Shown piece by piece: positions 44,818 through 62,637 of a DNA stretch of 64,000 bases (position 1 is its first letter; each line of letters starts with the position of its first letter). The notes beneath the pieces were generated by a model, which saw only the letters and a list, made by a program, of their open reading frames with translations, did not search any database and was not told the origin of the DNA. The stretch is from the NCBI RefSeq assembly GCF_009914755.1, contig NC_060926.1; one strand, 5' to 3'. Made by a program: the position numbers and the translations under genes. The stretch comes from the human T2T-CHM13v2.0 reference genome, Homo sapiens.

Positions 44818-46302
44818 GTATATATAAATATAATATATAATATCCACAATAAATGATATGTAATATATATTATATGATATATAGAATATAAACATATAAT
44901 TGTGTTATATATTATATATTATAAATACCATGTATTTTATATAGTATATATTATGTATTATATTGATATAATTATATAACAATTATTTATATATAAAATA
45001 ACAAATAAATATATAAAATAATAAATATATATTTATTATTAAATAATAAATATATATTTATTATTAAATAATAAATATATAAAGTAATAAATATATATTT
45101 ATATATTAAATAATTCATATATATTTATATATTAAATAATTCATATATATTTAAATAATTAATACATATTTAAATAATTAATATATATTTATATAATATA
45201 TATTTATATATTAAATAATTAATATATATTTATAGATTAAATTAATATATATTTATATATTAAATTAAATTTAATATATTATATATTTATATAATTTAAA
45301 TTTAATAATTTATATAATTTAATTTAATTTAATATAATTAAAATATATTAAACATTATATAATATATAATATATTTAATATATAATATATATTTAATATA
45401 TAATATATTTAATATATAATATATTTAATATATAATATATTTAATATATAATATATATTTAATATATAATATATTTAATATATAATATATTTAATATATA
45501 ATATATATTTAATATATAATATATTTAATATATAATATATATTTAATATATAATATATTTAATATATAATATATATTTAATATATAATATATTTAATATA
45601 TAATATATATTTAATGTATAATATATTTAATATATAATATATATTTAATGTATAATATATTTAATATATAATATATATTTGATGTATAATATATTTAATA
45701 TATAATATATATTTGATGTATAATATATTTAATATATAATATATATTTGATGTATAATATATTTAATATATAATATATATTTGATGTATAATATATTTAA
45801 TATATAATATATATTTGATGTATAATATATTTAATATATAATATATATTTGATGTATAATATATTTAATATATAATATATATTTGATGTATAATATATTT
45901 AATATATAATATATATTTGATATATAATATATTTAATATATAATATATATTTGATATATATTTAATATATAATATATATTTGATATATAATATATTTAAT
46001 ATATAATATATTTAATATATAATATATATTTGATATATAATATATTTAATATATAATATATATTTGATATATAATATATTTAATATATAATATATATTTG
46101 ATATATAATATATTTAATATATAATATATATTTGATATATAATATATTTAATATATAATATATATTTGATATATAATATATTTTCTTATTAATTATTTAT
46201 ATATAATATATAAATATATATTAATTAATTATATATTAAATATATGATATATTTAATATATCATATATTAAATTACGTATTAATATATAAAATATATATA
46301 AT
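44818..46302. repeat. AT-rich low-complexity tract with a 16/18-bp (34-bp dimer) minisatellite at ~45360-46180
   Basis: Units tttaatatataatata(ta), tttgatgtataatata, tttgatatataatata; lies inside the L1MB 3'UTR. Confidence 0.95.
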
Positions 46303-47027
46303 AGAGTATTAGTCATAAAGAGGAATGAAGTGACAATACATGCTACAATATGTTATATGATTTCATTTATATGAAATCTTAAGAATAAGAAAATATGTAG
46401 AGACAAACAGTAGGTTAGTGATTTCAGGGGACTGGGTAGGTGGAGAATGGAAATTGACTGACAATTGTGTTCCTTTTGGGGATGACTAAAATGCTCTGGA
46501 ATTAGAAGATGGTGGTGATTGCACATCTCCATAAATATACTAAAAAACATTGAATTATACACTTTAAAATGGCAAATATTACAGGTACATGGATTATATC
46601 TCAATTTTTGAAAAACATTTTGCTATTAAGTATTTGATTTGGTGTTTACTGAAGGCATTTAAGTAGAGGTATCATCATAGTATTTCCAATGCCTTACAAT
46701 CCTTGGCTGAGAATAAGGTCTTAATGTAGAATCATGCCATAATACAACCATATAGGACTCTAACTCCTGATTTTTGCTAACTATTCTATGTTTAGAGCCA
46801 GGTAAAGTTTTAGAGTTAATGAGCACTAATGCAACTTTTGATTCTAAGTTCCAAGGAACTCAGCAGTAAATATACAAATACAATTTTTTAAAGGCAAAGT
46901 TTATCTTTAAAAGTAGCAAATCATAAATGTAATATCTTAGTACCATTTAACAAAAAATGCTTGAACTTAATTTTTACTAATTACAAGCCACAAAATTAAT
47001 ACATTTCAAACACTTAACAGGAAATGC

Positions 47028-47190
47028 TATTCATTCATTCATTTTTCCATACATTTTTTATGAGACAGGCCCTCATGTAAGTCCTAAAGATACAGATACA
47101 AAAAAAAAAAAAAAAAAAACAGAAAGGGAAATCTCTGTTTCTATTGAACTTATTCTGAACTGAGCATGAAACAGAAAATAATTTTTAAAG
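47028..47190 (-). mobile_element. L2 3' fragment with expanded A run
   Basis: attcattcattcattt...aaatctctgtttctattgaacttattct. Confidence 0.55.
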
Positions 47191-47199
47191 CAATATATA

Positions 47200-48037
<838 letters not shown>

Positions 48038-48117
48038 GATTGACACATAGCAAATATTCAAGAATTGTTTATTAGTGAATGCTTGACAAATTTATAATGG
48101 TGTATGTTCACAAATAT

Positions 48118-48492
48118 TGATGTGGTTTGGCTCTGTATCGCCACCCAAATCTCATGTCAAATTGTAATCCCCAATGTGAGGGGAGGGAACTGGTGGGAGG
48201 TGTTGGATAATGGGGGCGGATTTCTCCCATGCTTTTCTCATGATAGTGAGTGAGTTCTCAGTAGATCTGAAGATTTAAAAGTTGTCACTTCCCCCCTCAC
48301 TCTCTCCTGCTCCACCATGCTAAGATATGCTTGCTTCTGCTTCGCCTTCTACCATGATTTTAAGCTTCTTGAGGCCTTCCATTCGTACTTCCTACTAAAC
48401 CTGTGAGGCTATGAGTCAATTAAACCTCTTTTCTTCATAAATTACCCAGTATCAGGCAATTCTTTATAGCAGTGTGAGAATGGACTAATATA
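48118..48492 (+). mobile_element. MSTA/THE1D-type solo LTR
   Basis: tgatgtggtttggctctgt...gagaatggactaata; TSD AATAT. Confidence 0.9.
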
Positions 48493-48689
48493 AATATACA
48501 TATATATGTATATTTATATATATAATTACATAAAGATAAATGTGTTCAGAACTAATTTTTGTGTCTCTTTTCCTTTATTATACACACACATTCACAGATA
48601 CTTCTATGTCAGTGCAAATTAATAAATACTTTTTGACCACTTAAAACTTACATAACTCTATGCTGAACAGTTTATACCTTACAAAATAT

Positions 48690-49700
48690 TTTAACAAAAA
48701 CAAGATCCCTGACCTCACTGAGTGTATTAGTAAGGTTGGCAAGGTAACATATGCAAATAGAAATTTTAGTGTGAGGAAGAATACTGTAACTCAAAGAAAG
48801 AAAGTGAGAGCCTGAAATATGGAAGATAATTCCTCACACATAAATAAAGTGACCATCATGGATGAGAGTGGCAGGGGACAGTGGGAGGACACTTGTTTTC
48901 ATTCTATACAGATAGGCATTAGGAACAGCACAGAGAAAGGTATTTGCTAGGAGGATTCGTGGGAGTTGAAACCATTAATAGAGATCAAAGAGATTTATAT
49001 GCCAATCAAGCAAATAAATATTTTAATCTGTAGGCAATGGGAACCATTGATTTATGTTTTAAAGTAATCTTAAAGAAAGATGTGGTTACGAAAGAAGCTG
49101 CTTTCCATAATCCAGGTGGCAATGCCAAGAGTCACAATGACATTGGTTATAAAAAGAAGGAAATGACTCTAAGAAACAATTTAGAAATGAAATAACATGA
49201 TATGCTGCCTAATTGGATACAAAGATTATGGAGATTCAGGAGAAAGCTAGAGCTGAAATCATGGTGATCCTCTTAAGAGAGGGAAAGATCACAAAAAAAG
49301 AGAAGAAAAGAGTTGGTTTTGCAAAAACCTGCGAGATGAATATGTTTTTAAGTAGGATACCTCTTCGTATACTTTCAGTTGCATATTAAGCATATGTCAG
49401 TTATCATGGTATGCACTAAATTTGCAAAAACAACAATATCAACAATACCTATCAGGGAGCAGATCTCAGATTGGGAAGTAAGAGTTTCAAAGCAATATGG
49501 GAGAGTACTAATCAACTTAAGTAGAGTACATTACATATGGAAGTTGGTAGGTAGGTGGGGTGCCTGGGGAGGTGATATCTGTGCTGAATCAACAAGAGTG
49601 AGGGTATTCCAGGCAGGAAAAGCAGCACATGCAAATACCAAAGAGCTGGGCAGGGTGTCAATGACCATGTGACATTTCAGTTTAAGTGGGCAATTGAAAT
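48690..49700 (-). mobile_element. L2 fragments
   Basis: aatctgtaggcaatgggaaccattga; gtattccaggcaggaaaagcagcacatgcaaa. Confidence 0.55.
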
Positions 49701-49844
49701 CACTGGTCAGGCTTAAGAGAGAAGTGATGTCTGAATATGCAGTTGTGGATGCCATCCTCCAATGGAGCTGGTGTGAAGCATAAGGATAAACTAGGATCCC
49801 AAGGAAAGAGTGGAGGTAGAGAAGAATTCTGGGGGAAATTTAAA

Positions 49845-49910
49845 GACCATTCTTCAAATGCAGTCTCCAGACAAGGAGCTTCATCATCACCTAGGAACTT
49901 GGTGAAAGCA
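49845..49910 (+). mobile_element. MER5A left half
   Basis: cttcaaatgcagtctccagac...catcatcacctaggaacttggtgaaagca. Confidence 0.65.
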
Positions 49911-50079
49911 TGGAGTAAGGGTCTCCCTGCTCTTTTCTCCCCTCCTTTCGCTGGCCTGCTGCCCTGGCCAGGAGCTAAGTGCCTTAGTGTGTGCAAACAC
50001 TTACCCTTTATCAGAAAAACCTATTCTCAGGAAGGATCTGATAAACTCATTCACTCTCAAAAAAAAAAAAAAGAAAAAA
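49911..50079 (+). other. Unidentified ~150-bp fragment ending in GATAAA plus poly(A); possible retroposed mRNA 3' end
   Basis: No resemblance to a TE I recognise; GATAAA at 50040-50045; A tract 50059-50079. Confidence 0.5.
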
Positions 50080-51100
<1,021 letters not shown>

Positions 51101-51101
<1 letters not shown>

Positions 51102-51209
51102 CTACTGAGTCAAAAACTCTGGAGTGGGGGCCCGGCAATATGAGTTTTAACCCTTCAGGTTAACTGCCGTTCAGGCGATGGTTATGAAGGTAAATTTTGA
51201 GATTGACTG
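51101..51209 (+). mobile_element. MER5A right half
   Basis: cctactgagtcaaaaactctggagtgggggcccggcaat...ttttaac...tttgagattgactg. Confidence 0.75.
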
Positions 51210-51450
51210 TTACCGAGATTCACGGAAACGAACCAGTAAAAATGACTAAAATGAGCAATCATGGTGGTAGGAGAAAAAAATGAAAGGTGGAAATGTTTTA
51301 GAAACTCTGGGAAAATAGTTTCAAGACGTGAAGACACCTTACCAGGGCGTAGAACTGAAGACAGGATGTGATGAGGGCTTTAAGAGACCTTTTCTTTTTG
51401 GTGTTTGGGGATCTCTGGAAGAGAAGTTTCAATTGTTAGAAGATGGAAGG

Positions 51451-53480
<2,030 letters not shown>

Positions 53481-55054
53481 AGCTTGAAGATCTTCAAATG
53501 AAAGATACAATTTGGAAAAGGATCCAAACACAATTAATGAATACATAAACACATGTGTTCTCCGCACACAGCTTCCTTAGGCCTTAACTCTTATTGGAGA
53601 TGTGTGCCTTCACTTTAAAAATGTTGTATTAATTCTGCACCCAATTAAACTCAGTGGCCAGCTTTAGTTTTACTTGACAACGTTAAACAAGTATGGTTTT
53701 TGCCCTCTGCTGTGGTTACTGGATGCTTGGTTGATGTCTCCTTCTTTAAACAAAAAGAACAAGCATTTCAAGGAGCTCTTACAAGTTAAATCCTCTCTCC
53801 AGTTCTTCAGTAAGGTTGGAGATAAATCCAGGGGTATCTCCAACAGCTGGGGGTGGGCAGAGGGAAATGAAACTTATTTCAAGCACATGTGACAGTCATG
53901 ATTCATAGTGGGAATCTGGGTCAGAATTTGCAGCTGGGGAAGCACCAGGAAAAGATTACTTGTATTATAAAAACATGTCCTTAATTACAGCTCAAAGCTG
54001 GAGGTGGGGGTGAATTGCACAGCTGGAAGGAGAAAGCAAATTAATTTGTGGACTTTTAAAGCCCTCTTACAGTGAAATATGCCCCCTCCTGTTTTAGCAT
54101 TGGGTTTTAACTGAAGAATTTTCAGAGTAGCCTCAAAGCAAGAGTAGGTGGGATGCAACGTAACAGCAAACAACTTACATTAGGATTTCCTCAGGCTTGT
54201 GAACTGTAAAAGCTTTGGGCTGTGGTTTCTTTTTATAAAGTAAACAAAGCCTGGCCCTCAGTCAGGATCGTTTTTCTTAATAGGCATTATCACCTCCAGA
54301 GATGATGATGCCCTTAGTAAACAATGCTCTTGGTATTATGATACAGACTCAATACTGATCATTGAACCCCTTAGAGAGACCCTGTTGACAGAACCTGGCA
54401 CTCTACTATCCAGGAAATAAAGACAGTCAGATATATATTAAGTCAATATGTTAAAATGATGACCGTTGAATTAAAGTTTCCAAATCTTTGCATGTTAGTT
54501 ATTCAATAACCCTGGTGACATAAAAATCTTTGCATATTTCTTTGCAAATTTCACAATAACCAGGTTGTGTCTTTTTTTTGGTCATCGCATTGAGCAATGC
54601 AATGAAGTGCAGAATAAACTCACTGTTATAAGAAGTCCAGCAATGTAGGTGAAGCTAAAAGATATGGCTACATTAACAAATAATTAATAATCAAGGCCAC
54701 CTCCAGGAAAAATTCATAAAAAAATAAGTATCCTAAAGGAATTCATATCTGGATAGAGACCTAGAGACCTTAAGTTTGGAATCGTAAACAAAATGTCAGT
54801 TGAAAACAAAAGCACAAATGTGGTAGATGCTAGGCTTTTCAATAACCAAATTTTTAAAAATCAGCAAGGCTCAGAGGATCTAAACCTTAACAAAAATCAT
54901 GAGTCAGAATTCTGTCACTCACTGTATTTGGAGATTAAGAAAACATTTTAAGGGAAAACAAAATATTTTAATTAGTGCATTTTAAAACGAATGCAATTTG
55001 TCTTTTTATGCTCCTGGAAGTAGACTTTGAATAACTGTTGAACATCTGGAACAA

Positions 55055-55146
55055 TTATAATATATACAGAATATATATTATATATTCTGTATATATATAA
55101 TATATACAGAATATATAATATATACAGAAATAATATATACAATATA
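55055..55146. repeat. AT-rich unit repeated forward-reverse-forward (perfect 18-bp palindrome arms)
   Basis: atatatacagaatatata 55060-55077, reverse complement 55079-55096, forward again 55100-55117. Confidence 0.9.
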
Positions 55147-56254
55147 AGGAATCCATATTTTATTGACTTGTATAGTACTAATATTATATTATTTCATGCT
55201 AAGACACTAAGACAATGTTCAAATTTTAATTTTTTCTTTCTAAGTGTTCATTGAGAACTTAGTATGCAAAAGACACAGCTAAATGCTGTTACAAAATTCA
55301 TATATGCTAGTAATTTTAGGTAAGTGCCATACATATAACCAATTTACAGGTATTAATGTCTTAATATGTTAAGTCCTAAGTAATTTTCAACCATTTATAT
55401 TTGGATGATCTAATGATTAATCCTGATATCATAGATGTCTTACATTGCTAATACATTTTAATTAATGCAAATTATTTACAAATATTTACAACATTGAGAC
55501 TCTCTTTGGCGTTGGTGTGAATTACGGAATAATAGAATCGACATTGACTGGGCGGCCAGCCAACTCCATTCTCGACCAGATTCTTCAACTAAACTGGGTG
55601 CATAAACTTTCACAAATTACTTAGCTTCTGTGGTTTTCTAGTACAGAAAATGGGTCAGTGGACAAGATTGTCTTTTTCATTCCTTCCATCTCTGAAAGCT
55701 GTAATTTTTATATGTTTCAAAATGGTAGCAATGTGTCATGTGTCTTTCTGGCCTCACATACCCATCATATATGCAAGCCACTGCAGCTTGTGCAATAATT
55801 CCTCCTGCAAATATAACATCATATTCTGACCTCTAGATATCTTGGAGCTGTCACCCTATCTCCAAGGTAGGTCCACCATTCACTTTTAATGGATCCTAGG
55901 TTCAGACTTACAGAAGAATGGGAAACAGCACAAATCCACTAGTAACTAACTAACCTAACTTCACACATCACGGTTATCATTCCTAAACTAGCGAAAGAGC
56001 ATGGAAAAAAGGGTGTGGACACAAATGCCTTCTCTATACCAGAGAAAATTAGCTTTCAATTTGTGTATCTTCAACTTCTTTAGAATAAACAAAAACCAGT
56101 TAGCCTAATAAGATCGAATGTATCCAGGATTCAAATCTAACTTTGAAATTTAATACTTAAGTTTCATCAAGAAGATGAAACATCAGGGCCAAGGAAATAG
56201 TTCAAAGCACCATGGATCTCAAAGGAAAAAGCTGCTGGTAATTATACAGCCAAT

Positions 56255-56500
56255 AGTAATTACAGCTAACGTTGCGTAACTTACTATGTGTCAGGCCCTG
56301 TCCTAGGTGCTTTCCATATACTAACTAATTTAATTCAGTTAGTCCTCATGACAAACCTTTGAGAAATGTATTGTAATTATCCATATTGTACAGATGATAA
56401 AACTAAGTAGCAGAGAGGTTAAATAACTCCTTCATGATCATATAACTAATAAGAGGAAAAAATGGTATTCAAATTAAAAGTCTGGCTCTATAATTCAGAC
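56255..56500 (-). mobile_element. MIR (near complete)
   Basis: acttactatgtgtcaggc...tacagatgataaaactaagtagcagagaggttaaataact. Confidence 0.85.
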
Positions 56501-56507
56501 TCTGTTT

Positions 56508-56718
56508 TATTAATTTTTTTGTTTCCATAGGTTATTGGGGAACAGGTGGTGTTTGGTTACGTAAGTTCTTTCGTGATGATTTGTGAGACTTTGGTGCACT
56601 CATCACCAGAGCAGTATACACTACATCCAATTTGCAGTCTTTTATCCCTCACCCCCTTCCCACTTTTTCCCCCTGAGTCCCCAGAGTCCACTGTGTCATT
56701 CTTACGCCTTTGCATCCA
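56508..56718 (-). mobile_element. L1PB 3' end fragment
   Basis: ccataggttattggggaacaggtggtgtttggttac...gagtccccagagtccactgtgtcattcttacgcctttgcatcc. Confidence 0.88.
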
Positions 56719-58467
56719 GCATAACTGTTGAGAAGACAGAAAACAACAGAAAACAACAACCACAAGACAGCTAACCGCTCTGGCAGGCAGTTTTAAAGCC
56801 ATGTTGCTGGATATGACTCTGCTATTGGTAGTGTAACATTCCAGCTCTAAACTCCTCCCATTCTTCCCATGAACAAATGTCCAAGGAATCTTAAGGAATT
56901 CCAAAGAAGCATAAAAGTGGATCCTTGCCTTCGAAGCGATTGCAGTCAAGTTTTGGTGACAATATAGGGATAGAAAGGCAAGTTCTTGCCCTAGAATAGT
57001 GGGTATGGGTCTGGGCTGAAAAGGCAAGAATGATTAAGGACTAGACAGAGGGGGTACAAGCGCAAATGTCTTTATTATTGTAGCTGATATGGTGCTTGAA
57101 AACCTCAAACTCTTCACTTACTTCAGTCAGAGCATTATATAAAATAAATATTTTATACAGGAATGATATTACATTAAATTATCATTTGGAACTAATCAAC
57201 TCTTTTTGGTTGGTTATTTTCCTTGATTATCATATTACCAGATCTGGTGCTTCCATGCACGACCCTCCCAACACAGGCGAGGTAAAGGCCTTCCTAGACA
57301 AAGTCCCCCATGAGAGCATGGATACCTAGCTATAACTGGAGGCACAGTGATGGAGGATGAAAGTGGGCTAAAAATGATTATGGGCTTTATAATTCCACAT
57401 GGTAGTCTTCTTGTTATAATTAGAGAAAAGATATTTGAGAATTAAGTGACTGAGAGGCCTATGTTACATTTAGATTTGCTAATTGGAAAAAATAATTACT
57501 TTATTTCTCTCTACTGATCCCTAAGGGAAAATAAAAATTTCCACTGCACACAAGAGCAAAAGCTTTTCATTTTTTTTCTTTTTTTTCCCCCCTTCTTTTT
57601 CTGTAAAATTCATTTTGCGTATCTAGGATCTTTTATAAAATATTCCAAAGGGCATCGCTGATCTTGGCTGCACTGTCACCACGATTTCTAAGACTTAATG
57701 CCCAGAAATTGTAGAGACTCCTCGAATGCCTAATGAACTGTTTTAGAAATCTGTTCTATTTAGTTTTCCATTTGCTGGTTCCTTCTGCCATGTCCAAAGT
57801 TACTGTAAGCAGTTTGACTTCCAGAAACCAGATGGATGAAGTCTCTGAGAACAAAGGCTCCTTGGCTAAATAAACAAGCTTGGGAACCTATTGTCCTTTG
57901 CATCAACACTGTGCCCACAGACTGGTTTTGTGAGGTCAATACAATTCCCAGATGTATTACTAAATGTGTGAATTTTAGAAAGAGTAGGAACTAAAATATT
58001 GCCTTTAGAAATAACTACTTGGAAAAAATACATTTCCATATTTCAAATGCAACTCTTCTGGTTAGAATTGCAGACTTAACATTTTTAAAAAATATGCACA
58101 TACATATGTGTATGTATAATAGACACACATACACGTACACGTAATATTGGTTTTTACATTATTTAATACATTATATTTTCTTTGTCCCTTCATTTTACTT
58201 AAGATAAATATTACTAAACAGTTACTATTTTATTTCTTTTATTTTAATGTTGGCAAATAGATATTACAGTCAAAGTTAGAGATACAGTTTGAGTTTCTTT
58301 ACCCCTATCTAACGGCTAAACAAGAGAACGTTAAAATGCTTGCAAAATTTAGGCAGCATACAATCTTTAAAAAATGTGGTACAATATGTAAGTTACCAGA
58401 AGGACTGCTGAGTAGAATATTTGGAGAAAAATAATAGTAGCAACCATTTAAAAAGTTCCAGGGGTGA

Positions 58468-58810
<343 letters not shown>

Positions 58811-59181
58811 CTACATTTTCTTTTTATTCTCAATTCGTAGATGAGATAACCCCTTCTCAGAAACCTTCCAATTAATAAATATATCTTTTGTCATTTGATA
58901 TAATAAATCATTAGCCCTCTGTGGAAGTAATTCAAAAAATTGCCTGCAAAGTGTGACTGAAAAATAACTTACAGGTAAGGTTATACAATAAAATGTGTCA
59001 GCTGAGACTTGTGGTGCCAATCATATATCTATTCTCCATATCAGAGCACTAAGTTACAGGAAGGAGTCCCAAAGACCTGGGGGCCAGTTTGTGGGCCGTA
59101 CAGACAATTCCCATGCAAGCCTGAAGTACACATCTCAGTTATAAAGCTGAATCTGAGAACATGACTTAAAGTAAACCTCCA

Positions 59182-59980
59182 CCATCATGTGTTGTTTAAC
59201 AGTGGTGATACATTCCAAGAAATGCATTGTTAGGCTGTTTTGTTCTTGTGTGAACACAGAATGTACTTACACAAACCTAGGTGGCAGAGCCTATTAAGGA
59301 CCTACACTGTATGGTGTAGCCTATTGCTCCTAGGCTACAAAGTTGCACTGTACCTCTGTAGACCTCATAAATGCTGTATACTTAGGCTACACTAAATTTA
59401 TTTAAAACAATTCTTTCTTCAATAATAAATTAGGCTGGGCACAGTGGCTCAGGCCTGTATTCTCAGCATTTTGGGAGGCTGAGCAGGGGGCATTGCTTGA
59501 AATTAGAAGTCTGAGACCAGTCTGAGCAACAAAGCAAAAATCAGTCTCTGTAAACAATTTAAAAATTCACAATTATCTAGTCATGGTGGCAGACACCTAT
59601 GGTCCCAGCTACTCAGGAGGCTGAGGCAAGAGGTTCGCCTGAGTCCAGAGCATTATATAAAGTACATATTTTATACAGGAATGATATTACAGTAAATTAT
59701 CATTTGGAACTAATCAACTCCTTTTGGTTGATTATTTTCCTTGATTATCATATTACCAGATGTCTTCTTCCAGAATCCCTCCTGAAGGACCTATTCTTCT
59801 TGAGAAGTAGGTTTATTTACACCAGCATTGCCACAAATGCATGAGTAATGCATTATGCTATAAAGTTACCATGACTGCAATGTAATAAGGTGATAGAAAT
59901 TGTAAGCTCTGTTTATAATTGTATGGGGACTACCATCATGTGGTCCACTGTTGACCAAAACATTATGTGGCAGCTGACTG
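59182..59980 (+). mobile_element. Tigger3/MER7 (Golem-derived) element, interrupted and internally deleted
   Basis: gtacttacacaaacctag...gtagcctattgctcctaggctaca; ends gttgaccaaaacattatgtggcagctgactg followed by TA. Confidence 0.85.
59433..59648 (+). mobile_element. AluJ, 3'-truncated within the right arm
   Basis: ggctgggcacagtggctcag...ggaggctgaggcaagaggttcgcctgagtccag, then abrupt loss of Alu similarity. Confidence 0.88.
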
Positions 59981-60779
59981 TATTTCTAAAACGTGGGCTA
60001 AAATTGGGAAGGGAGTTGGTTCTAAAAAGCAGATTCCATTCACTGTTGGGCAATTATTTAGGCTACACTAAATTCACAGTGAGAATCACAGACTTGCCTC
60101 TCACCTCTATCAGAAACAGACCAATATAATGAAAATCAATTCATTTTCTCGAAAGAGTAATTCACCAAAACTACATTGACATTCTGTTGTTGTTTTACCA
60201 TGATCTTGTTATAGCCAATCGATAGCGTGCCCTCTAAAGGAAAAACTCTTGGCTCTAACCTACCACACAAACATAGCTGCATTATGCATGAAAAAAAACC
60301 TCACAAGTGGACTGTCTCAAAAGGTTATGTATAGCTTTTCCCGCAGTTATTTCATGGAAACCCTTTCCTTCAGCGCATCTAGATAAACCAGTGGAACACA
60401 CTTTGGGAGACGATGACCTAGCACATAGGAAAAAGAGATCCTCAAAAGCAGAAATTAGCAGAGCCCATTCAAACACTGCCTAAGGAAGGGTGTCTTGGTG
60501 CCCAAACTCTGTGACACTCTGGTCTTTTGGGAGGATTGTTCTTGTTGAGTCATCTGACTATCTCATAAGTCTGTGACTTCCTGCTTACTGAGCAATCATT
60601 TGGTTACAGTTTGGTTCCCATGGAGATCTGCTTGTGTGAGAGAATGTGCTCGTTGGCCAACATGGTCACTGCAGCCCATACTTTGACTTAGGACTTCCTG
60701 TACTTTCAGTCCCTCAATCTTTTCCTTTCTTTGTTTTGCTCCTCATCCAACTTGAGTTTCATAAGTGATTTCAGAATTT

Positions 60780-62282
60780 TGATTTGCCTTTTGCCAATAT
60801 TCTAAACTCCACTGTCTCATTTCTCTATCTTTTCTTCTTATTCGTATTTTGAAGTCACAGCCCTCGATGAACTTTAACTATCTGTTCTTTTGACATTTGC
60901 ACCCGATCTGCTGAATTCTGATGAAGAAAATCTGAAAATAATCGCGGAATTTATGGTTATTGACCTCAATTAAGCCCTCAAGACTGCCTAGAGAACATTA
61001 TGTTTCTTATTGCACTCAGTCTTCAAAACTCCACAGTGATTTGTTTAAATCTTTATTGCTGTCAGATCTCCAACTCCCCTATTCCTCTGCTTTCCTCTAT
61101 AGAGAAGATGAAAGGTATCCAGAGGGGGCATGGTCATCTTCCCACCAGAAAGCATATTAGCCTACTAAACTTGTATGAGTCTTGTCTTTCTTCCTTTTTA
61201 TTACAAAGAGGGAATAGTATCACTTCATATTTAAGACCAATCCAATAGACATGCATTGGTTCACTATTCTTACCTTTCCAGAGACCTTATACTACTAAAT
61301 ATCACTGCTCTTACTCATATTCATTTTTACTTTTAACCATAGCCTTTCTTCTCAGCATAAAATATGCTCATATCTCTTCAATAAAACACACACATATACA
61401 CACATGCACACACGCACTGTACCTACTCCAGACACCTCTTCTCCCACAACAGCTATTGTTCTGTCTCTTCTTCCCTTTCCAACTTCTCTCAAAAGCTCTC
61501 TGTATTTACTGTGTCCTTTCTTTAATTCTCTTAATTCTCTTTCATAATATCTGGGGGCTTTTTAAAAAAGAATTGATTTAAACTAGCTTATTAACTTATT
61601 ATTTTCCTTTTGAATATGTTTTGAGTCAATATCAATCATTTATATTTTCTTAGAACTATCAATTTAACCTCAGATGTCCAAATGGATCTATATAAAATTA
61701 TAGCATGGATCTGTCATAATTTTTACGCAATTTTGATAGTTTTAGCTAAGACTCCTTTCACATTCATTAGGTTGTTTTTTCTTTTTTACTTATTCTTTCA
61801 TCAGACTTTTCAAAAATTTGTGCAATTCAATAAAAGTTTCAAATAACTAGTTTTGAATTCATTTTAAAAATTATTATATTTGTAGGTCTAATTATTAGTT
61901 TCTCTTACAACTGTTATTCTTTTCTTTTACCAACTTAAAGTTTACTTCATTATTCATTGTTTGTCTACATTTTAATCTTTCACTTTAAATTAAATGCATT
62001 TAACAGTATAAATTACCATCTTGGTATCATCTTTTCATTGGTATCCACTTTTCATTGATTTCATGGTATTACTTTTTAATGGTCATTTATTTATAAATAA
62101 TCTCTTCTTTTGGTTTTAGCTTTTGCTTTAAGCCAAACCTTATATAAGAATGTATTTTTAACTCTTTATATAATGTGTCCTCTTTGATTTGTAATTTAGA
62201 GAATTACTTGATATTTTCTTCATAGTGTAAGACCTTGGCCAGTTTTTGTAATATTCATGGGTGTTTGAAAAAAAATGAATCC
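60780..62282. mobile_element. L2 fragments (to ~61540) followed by antisense old L1M ORF2 fragments
   Basis: L2-like cctttcttctcagcataaaatatgctca; L1-like tttttgtaatattcatgggtgtttgaaaaaaatg. Confidence 0.5.
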
Positions 62283-62292
62283 CTTTAGAGAT

Positions 62293-62637
62293 TGTCTTAG
62301 TTCATTTGTGCTGCTATTAAAAATATGTTAAGTTGGGGAATTTACAAACAACAGAAATTTATTGCTGACTCTTCTAAGGACTAGAAGCCTAATATGAAGG
62401 CACTGTGGTGAGGGTCTGGTGAGGGGTCTCTGCTTCCAAGATGGGGACTTGTTGCTGTGTCCTCATATGGTAGAAGGTGGAAGGGCAAAATAGAAAAACA
62501 GCTCCTTCACACCTCTTGTATGAGGGTTCTGTCTTCATGACTTAATCTCTTCCGAAAAACCCCACCTCTTAGTACTTTCATATTGGTGATTAAGTTTCAA
62601 CACATAAATTTTGAGGGAACACATTCAGACCATAGCA
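62293..62637 (-). mobile_element. MLT1A/MST-type MaLR 3' LTR
   Basis: tgtcttagttcatttgtgctgctat...acacattcagaccatagca. Confidence 0.88.

Noticed and set aside
45360-46180. CRISPR-like regular array
   Set aside because: No unique spacers; eukaryotic AT minisatellite.
56557-57027. 156-aa minus-strand ORF
   Set aside because: C-terminal third is L1PB 3'UTR; no recognisable domain.
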